A DNA stretch of 24,176 nt, taken from NCBI GenBank assembly GCA_048941265.1, contig JBHLNT010000057.1, positions 1 through 24,176 of the forward strand, given 5' to 3'. The stretch's first letter is position 1; each line of letters starts with the position of its first letter. Shown in pieces: positions 8,988 to 18,484 of this stretch. Under the pieces are notes generated by a model, which was not told the origin of the DNA, made no database searches, and worked only from the letters and a program-made list of their open reading frames with translations. The position numbers and the translations under genes are program-made. This DNA is from Promethearchaeota archaeon. Its GTDB lineage: Archaea > Asgardarchaeota > Lokiarchaeia > Sigyniarchaeales > SOKP01.

Positions 8988-9755
8988 ATGCCAGTTTATG
9001 TTGAAAAAGACTATCCTATTTACACTGTCGTACTCGATAATCCTGAAGTGAGGAATGCTGTGGATGGAATTACTGCCCAACAGCTTGCTGATGCATTTCG
9101 CGATTTTGAAAAAGATAAAAAAGCACTAGTGGCAGTATTATGGGGCACACATGGAACTTTTTGTTCAGGAGCTAATTTAAAAGCAATTACAGAGGGCCGT
9201 GGTAATAGAATTGATAAAGAGGGTGATGGTCCAATGGGCCCGACTAGAATGCGACTTTCAAAACCGGTTATCGCGGCTGTAGCAGGATATGCTGTTGCAG
9301 GGGGTCTTGAGCTTGCTTTATGGTGTGATTTACGTGTAGTTGAAAGAAATGCCATTTTTGGAGTTTTTTGCCGCAGATTTGGGGTCCCTCTTATCGATGG
9401 GGGAACAGTTCGGCTCCCAAGACTTATCGGATTAAGTCGAGCTCTGGAGATGATATTAACAGGTCGTCCAGTCACAGCACAAGAAGCGCTTGAATGGGGT
9501 TTAGCCAATCATATTGTTGATGATGGGAAATCAAGGATAGAAGCCGAGAAATTAGCAAAACTTATTGCTGAATTTCCTCAAATATGCATGAGAAATGATC
9601 GAATGTCTGCTTATCAACAGTTCGGAATGAGTTTAGAGGACGCAATGACCAATGAATTTGAATGGGGTTTAAGAACCTTAGCGAGCGGAGAATATCTGGT
9701 AGGAAGTAAAGAATTTACAGAGGGTAAAGGTAAACATGGAAATTTTGGTGAATAA
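8988..9755 (+). CDS. Enoyl-CoA hydratase/isomerase (crotonase superfamily)
   Basis: PEVRNA, FCSGANL, KPVIAAVAGYAVAGGLELALWCD and LPRLIGLSRALEMILTG. Divergent from the acyl-CoA ligase. Confidence 0.93.
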   Translation: MPVYVEKDYPIYTVVLDNPEVRNAVDGITAQQLADAFRDFEKDKKALVAVLWGTHGTFCSGANLKAITEGRGNRIDKEGDGPMGPTRMRLSKPVIAAVAGYAVAGGLELALWCDLRVVERNAIFGVFCRRFGVPLIDGGTVRLPRLIGLSRALEMILTGRPVTAQEALEWGLANHIVDDGKSRIEAEKLAKLIAEFPQICMRNDRMSAYQQFGMSLEDAMTNEFEWGLRTLASGEYLVGSKEFTEGKGKHGNFGE

Positions 9756-9769
9756 ATAGTATTAAAATC

Positions 9770-10669
9770 TTATCTTCTTAATTTTTTGGTCATTTGGTAA
9801 AAAACGGGAGAAATATAAGCACCTATGCTTTTAGAATAAAACTTAATAGTATTCCCTACAACCCACATAATTGTACATGTTTCTAATCCACTCTGTTTTA
9901 TATCCCACAAACACCACTTTAATAGTTCTGAACCTATCCCTTTTCCTTGTATTGTATATAATACTCCAGTGGGACCAAAAGCTCCCGGAAATTGTAATCC
10001 ATGAGTTGCCCATCCAATTATTTGACCCTCTTTATTTTTTGCAACAAAAGTAGGTGGAGGATTGATCTGTAAACTCATTAGAACCTCTTCAGGCCAGGAA
10101 CTATCACTGTAATTATCCCTCACAAATTTTAGTAGTTCCTCAAAATCTTTAGATTGAACTCGTTCATAGTGATATTCTTTCTTATCAGATAAAGGTTTTA
10201 AATCTAAGTTTTTTAATGGTACTGTTAAGTTCTGACGCGTTTCTATTAATTTAAATCTATTCTTTTTAAGAAAGAACAATAAATCTGTATGACGCACATC
10301 CACACCGGTCAACCAATAGTTAGGGGGACTTGCTCCAAAATTTATATAATTAATCCTTTCATTCTTAGTTTTAACTCTATTAATAATTTCTTGAAGCATT
10401 TTCTTGCCAATTCCCTGCCTTCTAAATACCTTTTCAACGATAAGAGCTTTTATACAACAATATTCCGCTCGATTTACAGCAATTAAAGTGGCAATAACAT
10501 TATTTGTATTAGAATCTGCTAATATTAGTGTAAGATCGGGGTCAAAGTCTTTATCCCCAAATGTTCCCCTTCGAAAATACTCCAAAGGTATTGAATAGAA
10601 AAGTTCGTTTCTTTTAAATAACTCATAAACGTCTTTTAAATTTGCTTGAGTTAATGGTTGGTAATCCAT
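9770..10669 (-). CDS. Tandem (double-domain) GNAT N-acetyltransferase
   Basis: Two acetyl-CoA-binding motif A copies, FRRQGIGKKML and IQGKGIGSELL. ATG at 10669 (MDYQPLT) preferred, because the ORF-track start at 10759 overlaps the GH4 gene. Confidence 0.88.
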   Translation of the reverse strand: MDYQPLTQANLKDVYELFKRNELFYSIPLEYFRRGTFGDKDFDPDLTLILADSNTNNVIATLIAVNRAEYCCIKALIVEKVFRRQGIGKKMLQEIINRVKTKNERINYINFGASPPNYWLTGVDVRHTDLLFFLKKNRFKLIETRQNLTVPLKNLDLKPLSDKKEYHYERVQSKDFEELLKFVRDNYSDSSWPEEVLMSLQINPPPTFVAKNKEGQIIGWATHGLQFPGAFGPTGVLYTIQGKGIGSELLKWCLWDIKQSGLETCTIMWVVGNTIKFYSKSIGAYISPVFYQMTKKLRR

Positions 10670-10688
10670 TTGAATTATACTCACCAAT

Positions 10689-12011
10689 TTATTTAAATTG
10701 AGGCAAAAATTCCTTCTGAAGGGAATACATCTCATTGAAAATGTTATCTGCCATTTCAAAACTACCTACATTCGGATCTACGGCTAAAGCAGCAATTGCA
10801 TATTCTTTAGATCTTTTTAAAACAGCTTCAACGCATAAATCTTGAATTGTTGCTTCGATCCGAAGTAAGGCAGCAATATTTTTAGGTATATTTCCTATTT
10901 TTACTCCATGAACACCCTCCCCATCAACAATGGCAGGACCTTCAATGACTAGATCTTGCGGGAGATTATCTATGAGCCCTTCGTTAGGGATATTTACAGA
11001 ACTCTCATATTTCTTTTTATCAGTCAAGATTTCTTCTATAATCGGAATTGCACGTTCCCCTGATGGGGCTCCAAGCAAAATGCCCCTCTTAATATATCTA
11101 TTCTTTTTAAGTCTTTTGTAGCCTATAGAAACCCGATAAAAAATAGCTTCTCCGAAATCTTCTGTTCTGTCAATCCAATCAATCATATCTTGTTCTTTGG
11201 TAAATTCTTCCCCAAACTGTAAATATTCTCCCATATGATTATCACCGGCATGTGGAAAATATCCAAATTTTTTGTATACTTCAAATGTTAAAGTAGAAAA
11301 CATGAACCTATCCTCATGTTCTTTGAAATAATCTAAAACTTTTGAGTGGAATTGAGGCATTAAATCTTTTCCAGAATTCCACTCTTCCAATCCTAACAGA
11401 AATCCAAAATGATTTAGTCCTACTACTGTCATTTTTAAGGCCTTCAATTTCATATTTAGTATTTTGGGAAAATGTAAGTTAAAAAATCCTATTTGATGAC
11501 ATAATCCTATAAAATTAAGTTTTTGTGTAGACCTTTTAATAGCTAGACATACTCGGGACATAGGATTTGAAAAATTAATGAAAAAAGCATTTGGACATAC
11601 TTTTTCGGCATCTTGGGCAATATCAATTATTGGAGGGATGATTCTAAATGCGTGAAAAGTCCCTCCTGGTCCACCACATTCACCTAAAATTTGTGTTGAT
11701 CCATATTTCCTCGGTATTTCCCTGTCTTGACGCCATAAAGGATATCTTTTTCCAACTTCGATAGAACTAATTATAAAATCTGCATCCTTAAACGCATCTT
11801 TTCTTTTTGTTGTTCTTTCGATATTGAATTTATTGTTTCTCATTTGATTTTCCTTGATGCATAGTTCATATATCATCTCCAGTTTTTCCTTATCTATATC
11901 ATGGAGAGTTATTGTAGAACCAGTTAAAACTTCACTGAAGAACAAATCATTTATAGTTGCAGGACCAAATGAAGTCGACCCCGCACCGACTAAAACGATC
12001 TTCTTGTCCAT
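10689..12011 (-). CDS. Glycoside hydrolase family 4 (NAD+/Mn2+-dependent alpha-galactosidase/glucosidase-like)
   Basis: Rossmann motif KIVLVGAGS, GECGGPGG, INFSNPM, metal ligands GLCH and GLNH, and NIPNEGLIDNLP. Confidence 0.93.
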   Translation of the reverse strand: MDKKIVLVGAGSTSFGPATINDLFFSEVLTGSTITLHDIDKEKLEMIYELCIKENQMRNNKFNIERTTKRKDAFKDADFIISSIEVGKRYPLWRQDREIPRKYGSTQILGECGGPGGTFHAFRIIPPIIDIAQDAEKVCPNAFFINFSNPMSRVCLAIKRSTQKLNFIGLCHQIGFFNLHFPKILNMKLKALKMTVVGLNHFGFLLGLEEWNSGKDLMPQFHSKVLDYFKEHEDRFMFSTLTFEVYKKFGYFPHAGDNHMGEYLQFGEEFTKEQDMIDWIDRTEDFGEAIFYRVSIGYKRLKKNRYIKRGILLGAPSGERAIPIIEEILTDKKKYESSVNIPNEGLIDNLPQDLVIEGPAIVDGEGVHGVKIGNIPKNIAALLRIEATIQDLCVEAVLKRSKEYAIAALAVDPNVGSFEMADNIFNEMYSLQKEFLPQFK

Positions 12012-12150
12012 AATTCACAAAATTTAATAATTTTAAATGTTGAAAATTTTCATTTTAAATATATTTTATTGGCATAGGAGAAGAATCATTTTATTTCCCC
12101 TAAGATAAATAAAAATTAATAATAAGAATAAATAATATGATTGAAACCAT

Positions 12151-12564
12151 ATGATAAAATTTGAAGAATTAAGGGTAAAAACTCCTAAAAGAGAAGTTCT
12201 TATTAATATCACTAGTGATATTATTAACATCGTGCGAGGTAGTTCTATAAATGAAGGAGTCTGCAGAATCTTTGTTCCTCATACTACTGCAGGCATAACA
12301 ATTAACGAAAATGCTGATCCTGCCGTTATGAGTGATTTTATCAATTTTTTAAAAATTTTAATCCCTCAAAGTGGTGGTCAATATTCATTTAGACATATGG
12401 AAGGGAATTCTGATGCTCATATAAAATCTAGTTTAACTGGTCCATCCTTAGATATTTTAATTCATAACGGAAGGCTGGTTCTTGGTACGTGGCAGGGTAT
12501 CATGTTTGCTGAATATGACGGCCCCCGAAATAGAAGAGTCTATATTCAAATTCAAGGAGAATAA
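12151..12564 (+). CDS. yjbQ: YjbQ/UPF0047 family protein (secondary thiamine-phosphate synthase)
   Basis: HTTAGITINENADP, EGNSDAHIKSSL and LGTWQGI..EYDGPR signatures. Confidence 0.93.
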   Translation: MIKFEELRVKTPKREVLINITSDIINIVRGSSINEGVCRIFVPHTTAGITINENADPAVMSDFINFLKILIPQSGGQYSFRHMEGNSDAHIKSSLTGPSLDILIHNGRLVLGTWQGIMFAEYDGPRNRRVYIQIQGE

Positions 12565-12608
12565 TATAGCTTTAAAGGGAGGAAAAAGAGATAACTGTAT
12601 ATAGATTA

Positions 12609-13073
12609 ATGGAACCCGGAGAAGAAAATGAAATTTGTGATCTTATAATTCAAACTTTTAACAAATTCATAGCGCATCTTTACCCTCAAAGAGGGGTAAG
12701 ACATTTTTTGAGGTATGTTAAACCACGTTTATTATTACAGCGATCTCATGCAAACCATTTTGTTATGGTTGCAAAAACTCAAGAAAATATTGTTGGAATG
12801 ATTGAGGTTCGGAATTATGAGCATATATCTTTGTTCTATGTTCTCAAAGAATTTCAAATGAAAGGTATTAGCAAGGAATTACTGCGCAGATCCGAGGAAA
12901 TCTGCCTAAAAAATAAGCCTGATTTAGAACAAATAACTGTTAATTCATCGCCTAATGCTATACAAATATATAAAAAATTAGGCTTTAGTAAAGTTGGCTC
13001 AGAACAGTTAAGAAATGGTATTATTTTTACTCCAATGATTTATGATTTAAAACAAATAAAAAAAAATACGTAA
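12609..13073 (+). CDS. GNAT family N-acetyltransferase
   Basis: IVGMIE, HISLFYV, motif A FQMKGISKELL and NSSPNAIQIYKKLGF. The real start may be at 12591 (see findings). Confidence 0.88.
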   Translation: MEPGEENEICDLIIQTFNKFIAHLYPQRGVRHFLRYVKPRLLLQRSHANHFVMVAKTQENIVGMIEVRNYEHISLFYVLKEFQMKGISKELLRRSEEICLKNKPDLEQITVNSSPNAIQIYKKLGFSKVGSEQLRNGIIFTPMIYDLKQIKKNT

Positions 13074-13102
13074 TTCTAAAGATTTTTAATCATCCTAATT
13101 TA

Positions 13103-13489
13103 TTAATTACGATTTGCAAAATTAGTTTTATAAAATTCAAAAGCCTCTGCTGTGGCTTTTTTGATTTTAGAAGAATCCTCCTCTTTTAGTAGAATTCTGG
13201 TTAATTCAACTTCCAAGTTTTCCATTATTTGTAAAACTGCTTTCATCTTACCTGCTGGAGTTTCATTTGCCAATTCGTCTATCCCTCTTTTATTATCTAC
13301 TTGCCATTTAGATATGGCTCTCCATGAAAATCCTTTCATTGCCATTACACTCATGGGTATATATTTACAAATTAAAGGTGCAATAGCAGCGACTATACGT
13401 CTCTGATATTTTTCTATTCGAACAGCTTTAAAATAGGTCTCAGCTTCTTCTATACTACTCTTATTGAAATTATTTTCGTTAATTGTCAT
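13103..13489 (-). CDS. Hypothetical soluble, probably helical protein (128 aa)
   Basis: ATG-initiated ORF with normal protein composition that fills the gap between neighbouring genes. No family recognised. Confidence 0.7.
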   Translation of the reverse strand: MTINENNFNKSSIEEAETYFKAVRIEKYQRRIVAAIAPLICKYIPMSVMAMKGFSWRAISKWQVDNKRGIDELANETPAGKMKAVLQIMENLEVELTRILLKEEDSSKIKKATAEAFEFYKTNFANRN

Positions 13490-13601
13490 AATACCACGTA
13501 ATTTTTATCCCCAATTTCTATTAAAGTTAAAGCAAATATAATAGAATTTTTATTTAAAATTATCTAAAAGCATAAAATTTAGATTGAAAATGAATTTTAA
13601 A

Positions 13602-14117
13602 TTATTTGAAAAAAAATTTTACATTTCCTTCACATTTCTCTCCAGATGCCATTAAGCATCGTTTTATTCGAGGTTCAATCTTATAATCCAGTTTTAATGC
13701 ATCAAGCCAGCATTTTACACGATAAAGAACTCCACACTCGTATTGATCAGCAACACCTATTTTTTTCATACCTTCATATGCAAAACATTTATGCATTTCC
13801 CAGTGCATAAGGTTTTCTTTTGGGAAACTATATTCGAAATTCATGAAATCACCTTTAACAATACTAAATGAATCATCGATGAATTGTTTCAACTTGTCAA
13901 AAGTATCAATTATTAAATTTTTTTTGCCAAGTGCTTTTTGAATTCGAGCACTTTCTATTGGCGCAAGAGATTTTATCGCAGACTTGTTTAGTTTATTGGC
14001 CGTCTTGATCCCAAGAGATAGATATGCATTTAGAAACCACATGCCATCATGCGTCATCCAATTTTTAACAAGAAGCTCCTTAAGCTCTTTTTTATCTAAC
14101 TTTTCAAATAAAGTCAA
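13602..14117 (-). CDS. DUF6125-like protein (W-x-x-H-D-G-x-W-F family, cysteine-containing, possibly V4R-related)
   Basis: KNWMTHDGMWF motif and C-terminal cysteines (HKC, YECG, KRC, EKC). TTG start preceded by AGGATGGT. Family assignment is from memory. Confidence 0.65.
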   Translation of the reverse strand: MTLFEKLDKKELKELLVKNWMTHDGMWFLNAYLSLGIKTANKLNKSAIKSLAPIESARIQKALGKKNLIIDTFDKLKQFIDDSFSIVKGDFMNFEYSFPKENLMHWEMHKCFAYEGMKKIGVADQYECGVLYRVKCWLDALKLDYKIEPRIKRCLMASGEKCEGNVKFFFK

Positions 14118-14387
14118 TATATACCATCCTTTTTTTGTTTATCAATAAGTTTTGTATATCATCTTTTAAATCTCTTTGATTGAATATAGATACTTTTATT
14201 TTTAATAATTTCCGATTGTTTACAACTATAATTAAGTTGATGAAGAAAGATTTTCAACTTTAATTATGAACCTTTATGGAAAGTAAAATATAGAAATAAT
14301 AAATGACAAATAAACTATTTCTTCCCAAATTTTTTTTTATTTTTCATTATTTAGATTTTAAAATGATGAAATATTTTTCAACAAAAT

Positions 14388-15866
14388 ATGAGTACTCATT
14401 TTATTCACGAGATATTAAACCCTAAAAGTGTTGCAATCTACGGTGCGAATAATTCTGGAGCATCTTTAGCTTGTATTCAACTAATGAATATGATAATCTC
14501 GAAATATGACGGAAAAATTTATCCCATTCATTTAAGTCTCGATTCAGTAATGGGTTTTAAAGCTTATAAGAATATTACTGAGGTTCCAGAGACTCCGGAT
14601 CTTGTTATAATCGTTTTACCACCTAAAATTGTCCCTGAAATCTTTAAAGAATGTGGTGAAAAAGGAGTGAAAAAAATTATCCTCATTTCTGGAGGATTTA
14701 GAGAATTATTAGATGATAGAAACAATACACTTACAGAGGAAATTTGCGAAATTGCAGATAAATATGGGATTCGATTTATTGGTCCAAATTGTTTAGGAGT
14801 GTTTAATAATTGGTTAGATCCTGAAAATGAGAAAAAAGCATTTAATATCTCTATCTGGGAAAAAATAAAGCGTAATAAATTTTCAATAGCTTCTCAAAGT
14901 GGAACTCTATCTAGTCACATCTATTTTGATCCAGAGAATTTAGATTTAGGTTTAGGAAAATCAATCTCGGTTGGTAATGAAGCAAATATTGATATAGTAG
15001 ATTGTTTGGAATATTATAAAGATGATGATCAGACTGAAGTGATTGGACTCTATATTGAAGAAGTTAAACAAGGTAAAAGATTTTTAGAATTAGCCAAAAA
15101 AATTACACCAAAAAAACCCATTATTGCCATATATGGTGGGGGTTCAGAGGCTGGAAATCGCGCTTTAACAAGTCATACTGGTTCAATTGGCGGTAATGGT
15201 AAAATTTATGAGGTGGTATTTAAAGAATCTGGTATTATACAAACAGATAAAGTTCAAGATTTCTTAGATATTGCTCAAGTATTAATAAGAGGGATACTGC
15301 CAAAAGGGAATAGATTAGGGATCATAACTAACTCCGGAGGTCCTGGAGCTATGCTTGCTAATAATGCCGAAAAAAATGGATTAATTGTACCAGAATTTTC
15401 AGATGATTTACAAGAAGAATTAAAAAGTATGTTACCACCTATAGCCAGTTTTAAGAATCCGGTAGATGTAACGTTTGATATGAACCTTCCTTATTATTAT
15501 ATTACATTACCAGAACTTTTAATGAAATCTGGTGAAGTGGATGTTTTAATTCAATATGGGGTGGTAGGTTTTCAAGATGTAATGGATCATTATCTTAAAT
15601 ACGAGCATATTGCTTCCCATGCTGATTTTAAAAAACAAAATCTTGAAAAAAGTGCAGAGTTAAACAAAAAATTAATTCAACCAACGATCAATAATTCATA
15701 TAAATATTCAGTTCCAATCTTTCACATCAGCCCCCAGAGTTTTAATAGTTTTTGGTCTAAGAAGTTAAGGGAAAATGGTGCCTTTCTTTTTAGGTTATGG
15801 GATAGACCCATTCCATGTATTAAGAAATTATGCGAGTATGCCGAATTTCGAAGAAAACAGACTTAA
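14388..15866 (+). CDS. acdA: ADP-forming acyl/acetate--CoA ligase alpha subunit (paralog 1)
   Basis: PKSVAIYGA, GPNCLG, SQSG, GNEANID, phospho-His motif SHTGS, TNSGGPG and NPVD. No ATP-grasp domain. Confidence 0.9.
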   Translation: MSTHFIHEILNPKSVAIYGANNSGASLACIQLMNMIISKYDGKIYPIHLSLDSVMGFKAYKNITEVPETPDLVIIVLPPKIVPEIFKECGEKGVKKIILISGGFRELLDDRNNTLTEEICEIADKYGIRFIGPNCLGVFNNWLDPENEKKAFNISIWEKIKRNKFSIASQSGTLSSHIYFDPENLDLGLGKSISVGNEANIDIVDCLEYYKDDDQTEVIGLYIEEVKQGKRFLELAKKITPKKPIIAIYGGGSEAGNRALTSHTGSIGGNGKIYEVVFKESGIIQTDKVQDFLDIAQVLIRGILPKGNRLGIITNSGGPGAMLANNAEKNGLIVPEFSDDLQEELKSMLPPIASFKNPVDVTFDMNLPYYYITLPELLMKSGEVDVLIQYGVVGFQDVMDHYLKYEHIASHADFKKQNLEKSAELNKKLIQPTINNSYKYSVPIFHISPQSFNSFWSKKLRENGAFLFRLWDRPIPCIKKLCEYAEFRRKQT

Positions 15867-15916
15867 ATTTGCTTTTATTATAAAAATAATAGATTTCTGA
15901 TATCTTAATTTAAAAT

Positions 15917-16138
15917 ATGACAAAAACGGTCTCTAATTCCCAGGTAGCAGTATTAAATGTTAAAGCATGTTTAGGATGTGGGAAATGTATTGATAAATGT
16001 CCAATGGAAGCTATACCTCAAAATCTGATTGGACTTTTTTCACATTTACTTAAAATAGATAAATCTAAATGTACTGGATGTGGTGAATGTATTTCATTCT
16101 GCCCTCATCAGGCGATTAAATTAGTAAGATTAACTTAA
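15917..16138 (+). CDS. 2x[4Fe-4S] ferredoxin
   Basis: Two CxxCxxCxxxCP motifs, CLGCGKCIDKCP and CTGCGECISFCP. Confidence 0.92.
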   Translation: MTKTVSNSQVAVLNVKACLGCGKCIDKCPMEAIPQNLIGLFSHLLKIDKSKCTGCGECISFCPHQAIKLVRLT

Positions 16139-17571
16139 ATATTATCAAACTTACATTTATTAGAAAACCGATAAATATTATATAATGCCTTAGCGGCAAG
16201 TTGTTCATTCGGATGTATTGAAATCCCTTTCTTATTCATATCATTTATTATTTTAGGAACATTTTTTGCTCTTATCTGAATAAATCGTTTGATATTACCA
16301 CTGAAAGAATCCCGCGAAACATTCACATCTATGCCAGATACAAGAGCAATTGGTTTAGAAATTTTTTCTTGTAATTTAATTAAGTCCTTGTATCGAGGAT
16401 TTAACATCGACAACCAAATAAGTATCATATCAACGTTAGGATCCATTCCTACTATTTCATATGCGTTTTTCTCCAACATTGGATCAAATTGTACTTGAAG
16501 ACTTAAATCTATAGGGTTTGAAATACTTGAACCGAATTCAGGTATTATTTCTTGGAGTTTCAATTTTGTGTCATTTGTCAATTCTGCCAACTTTAGATTA
16601 TTCATCTCACAAGCATCAGCCGCCGATACGGCGGGTCCTCCTGGTCCTGAAAGAATAGCTACTCGACAATTTCTTACTGGAATAGGATTGATAAATGCCT
16701 GGATCATACTAATCATTTCTTCCAAATTATAGACCCTGATCACCCTATATTGATCAAATACATTATTCCATAACTTATTATTTCCACATAAAGACCCTGT
16801 ATGTGAGTGAGCTGCTTTTGAACCGGCGGGCGTGGCCCCAGCCTTCCAAATAATTATAGGTTTTTTTATTTTTTTTACCAAATTAATGAATCTTCTTCCA
16901 TCATTAACCCCTTCCATATAACTGGCTATGATCTTAGTGTTAGGGTCATCTCCGAGATATTCTAAAAAGTCATTGAAACTCAAATCAATACCATTACCAT
17001 AACTTATGGCTTTTGAAAAAAATATTCCTTTCAACATAGCTAAAAAACCCATAAGATTGGCGATTGAACCACTCTGGCTAACCAATCCTAACGGACCCGA
17101 TTGTGTCGGTAAGGCTGGAAAGAACGAAAGTTTTGAACTGGGACAATATAATCCCATGCAATTTGGTCCAATTAATCTTATTTTATATTTTCGAGCAATT
17201 TTCAATAATTCTTCTTCAGCACTTTTACCTTGTTCATTTTTTTCACCAAATCCAGCTGAGAAAATTATTACTGCTTTCACTCCATTTTCCCCACATTCAA
17301 CAATGATATCTCGAACGAATTTAGGATGAGTGGAACAGATCACTAAGTCTACAGGCTCTCCAATAGATTTCAAATCTGAGAAAACAGGTATTCCCATAAT
17401 TTTAATATTAGGTTCAGATACTCTAGGATTTATGATAAATATCTTAGGAAATTCTTGATCAATAAAACCTTGTAGTAAAATATTTCCCAAACCACCTTTC
17501 CTACTCACACCATATATTGCCAGAGACTTAGAATGGAAAATATCATCAATTTCTGAGAATAACTCATTCAA
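16135..17571 (-). CDS. acdA: ADP-forming acyl/acetate--CoA ligase alpha subunit (paralog 2)
   Basis: SKSLAIYGVS, GPNCMG, SQSG, GNGID, SHTGS, SGPGGPA and NPIDL. TTG start. Its stop overlaps the ferredoxin stop (TTAA, 16135-16138). Confidence 0.9.
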   Translation of the reverse strand: MNELFSEIDDIFHSKSLAIYGVSRKGGLGNILLQGFIDQEFPKIFIINPRVSEPNIKIMGIPVFSDLKSIGEPVDLVICSTHPKFVRDIIVECGENGVKAVIIFSAGFGEKNEQGKSAEEELLKIARKYKIRLIGPNCMGLYCPSSKLSFFPALPTQSGPLGLVSQSGSIANLMGFLAMLKGIFFSKAISYGNGIDLSFNDFLEYLGDDPNTKIIASYMEGVNDGRRFINLVKKIKKPIIIWKAGATPAGSKAAHSHTGSLCGNNKLWNNVFDQYRVIRVYNLEEMISMIQAFINPIPVRNCRVAILSGPGGPAVSAADACEMNNLKLAELTNDTKLKLQEIIPEFGSSISNPIDLSLQVQFDPMLEKNAYEIVGMDPNVDMILIWLSMLNPRYKDLIKLQEKISKPIALVSGIDVNVSRDSFSGNIKRFIQIRAKNVPKIINDMNKKGISIHPNEQLAAKALYNIYRFSNKCKFDNI

Positions 17572-17934
17572 TTAAATCCAACCTTTTTATATATGGTATA
17601 AAACATAAAAAGAATAATTTTTTCGTAAATAAAAATACTTTTAAGATAGAAATCCTCAAAAGATCTAAAACAAGATATTTTATATAATGATGTGACTGAA
17701 TTGATTTCAGATTCAATTGAAATGTCTCTTTTAGAATTGGTATAAAATGAACTCAAATTATTTTTGTCGAAAGTTCATTTATTATTAATCACTTATTTAT
17801 TTTCTAGTTTGCCATTAATATCAGAAGCGATTAATTAGGATCTATTTTATTATTTTCATTTTAATAATAAAGTAATTAAAAAATGACAACTATTTAATTT
17901 TTAAAAGAAATAGAAAAAATTATTAGATGATTAA

Positions 17935-18483
17935 GTGGATCATTTAGGGGATAATATAAACGTGGATGAAGAGAATTGGCATTATGTAAAAATTTCGAAA
18001 ATTGATAACAAAATAATTAAAAAATTAGTCAATAATTTAAAATTAAATCTATCTGAAGAGTTTTTTCTCTCCCTTGAAAGTTTATTAAAATTAGGTAAAA
18101 AAGCAGAACCAGAGCTTACAGCTGCAATAAACGAAATGGATGAGCAACATAAATTCAAAAAAGAAATATTTAATGCCCTAATAAAGCATATAAAAACAAA
18201 ACAATCTAAGAATCCAAAGATTTTTCAGTTATATCATCCAGATTTCGAAATTAGAGCCCGGGCAGTAATGGAATTAGGCAAAGAAGATAATATAAATAAT
18301 TTAAAATTTTTAATGCCATTGGTTATGGACCCAGATGATTCAGTACGATGGGCAGTTATTAATTTATTAATCAATAAGTATCTAAACAACCCATCAGTTT
18401 ACAAAAAGCTAAAGAAACATGTAGAAAAAGAATCAAATCCCATAATTCGTAAAAAATTAATAAAAGTCTTCGAAGATTTCTAA
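17935..18483 (+). CDS. HEAT/PBS-lyase-like repeat protein
   Basis: Repeats LYHPDFEIRARAVMELG, LVMDPDDSVRWAVINLL and KESNPIIRKKLIKVF. GTG start. Confidence 0.8.
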   Translation: MDHLGDNINVDEENWHYVKISKIDNKIIKKLVNNLKLNLSEEFFLSLESLLKLGKKAEPELTAAINEMDEQHKFKKEIFNALIKHIKTKQSKNPKIFQLYHPDFEIRARAVMELGKEDNINNLKFLMPLVMDPDDSVRWAVINLLINKYLNNPSVYKKLKKHVEKESNPIIRKKLIKVFEDF

Positions 18484-18484
18484 T

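Noticed and set aside
8880-9508. Minus-strand ORFs 8880-9080 and 9020-9508 (162 aa)
   Set aside because: They overlap the crotonase gene antisense, and their composition is that of a reverse-complement shadow.
10670-10759. 30-aa N-terminal extension of the double GNAT in the ORF track
   Set aside because: It overlaps the GH4 C-terminus. ATG 10669 gives a normal GNAT start.
7908-17329. Assorted short plus-strand ORFs (7908, 9871, 10289, 10404, 10930, 13152, 16289, 17006, 17103)
   Set aside because: All lie antisense within confidently assigned or better-supported minus-strand genes.
17568-17756. 62-aa minus-strand ORF upstream of acdA2
   Set aside because: TTG start, low-complexity F/Y/I/K composition typical of AT-rich intergenic DNA, and no motif.
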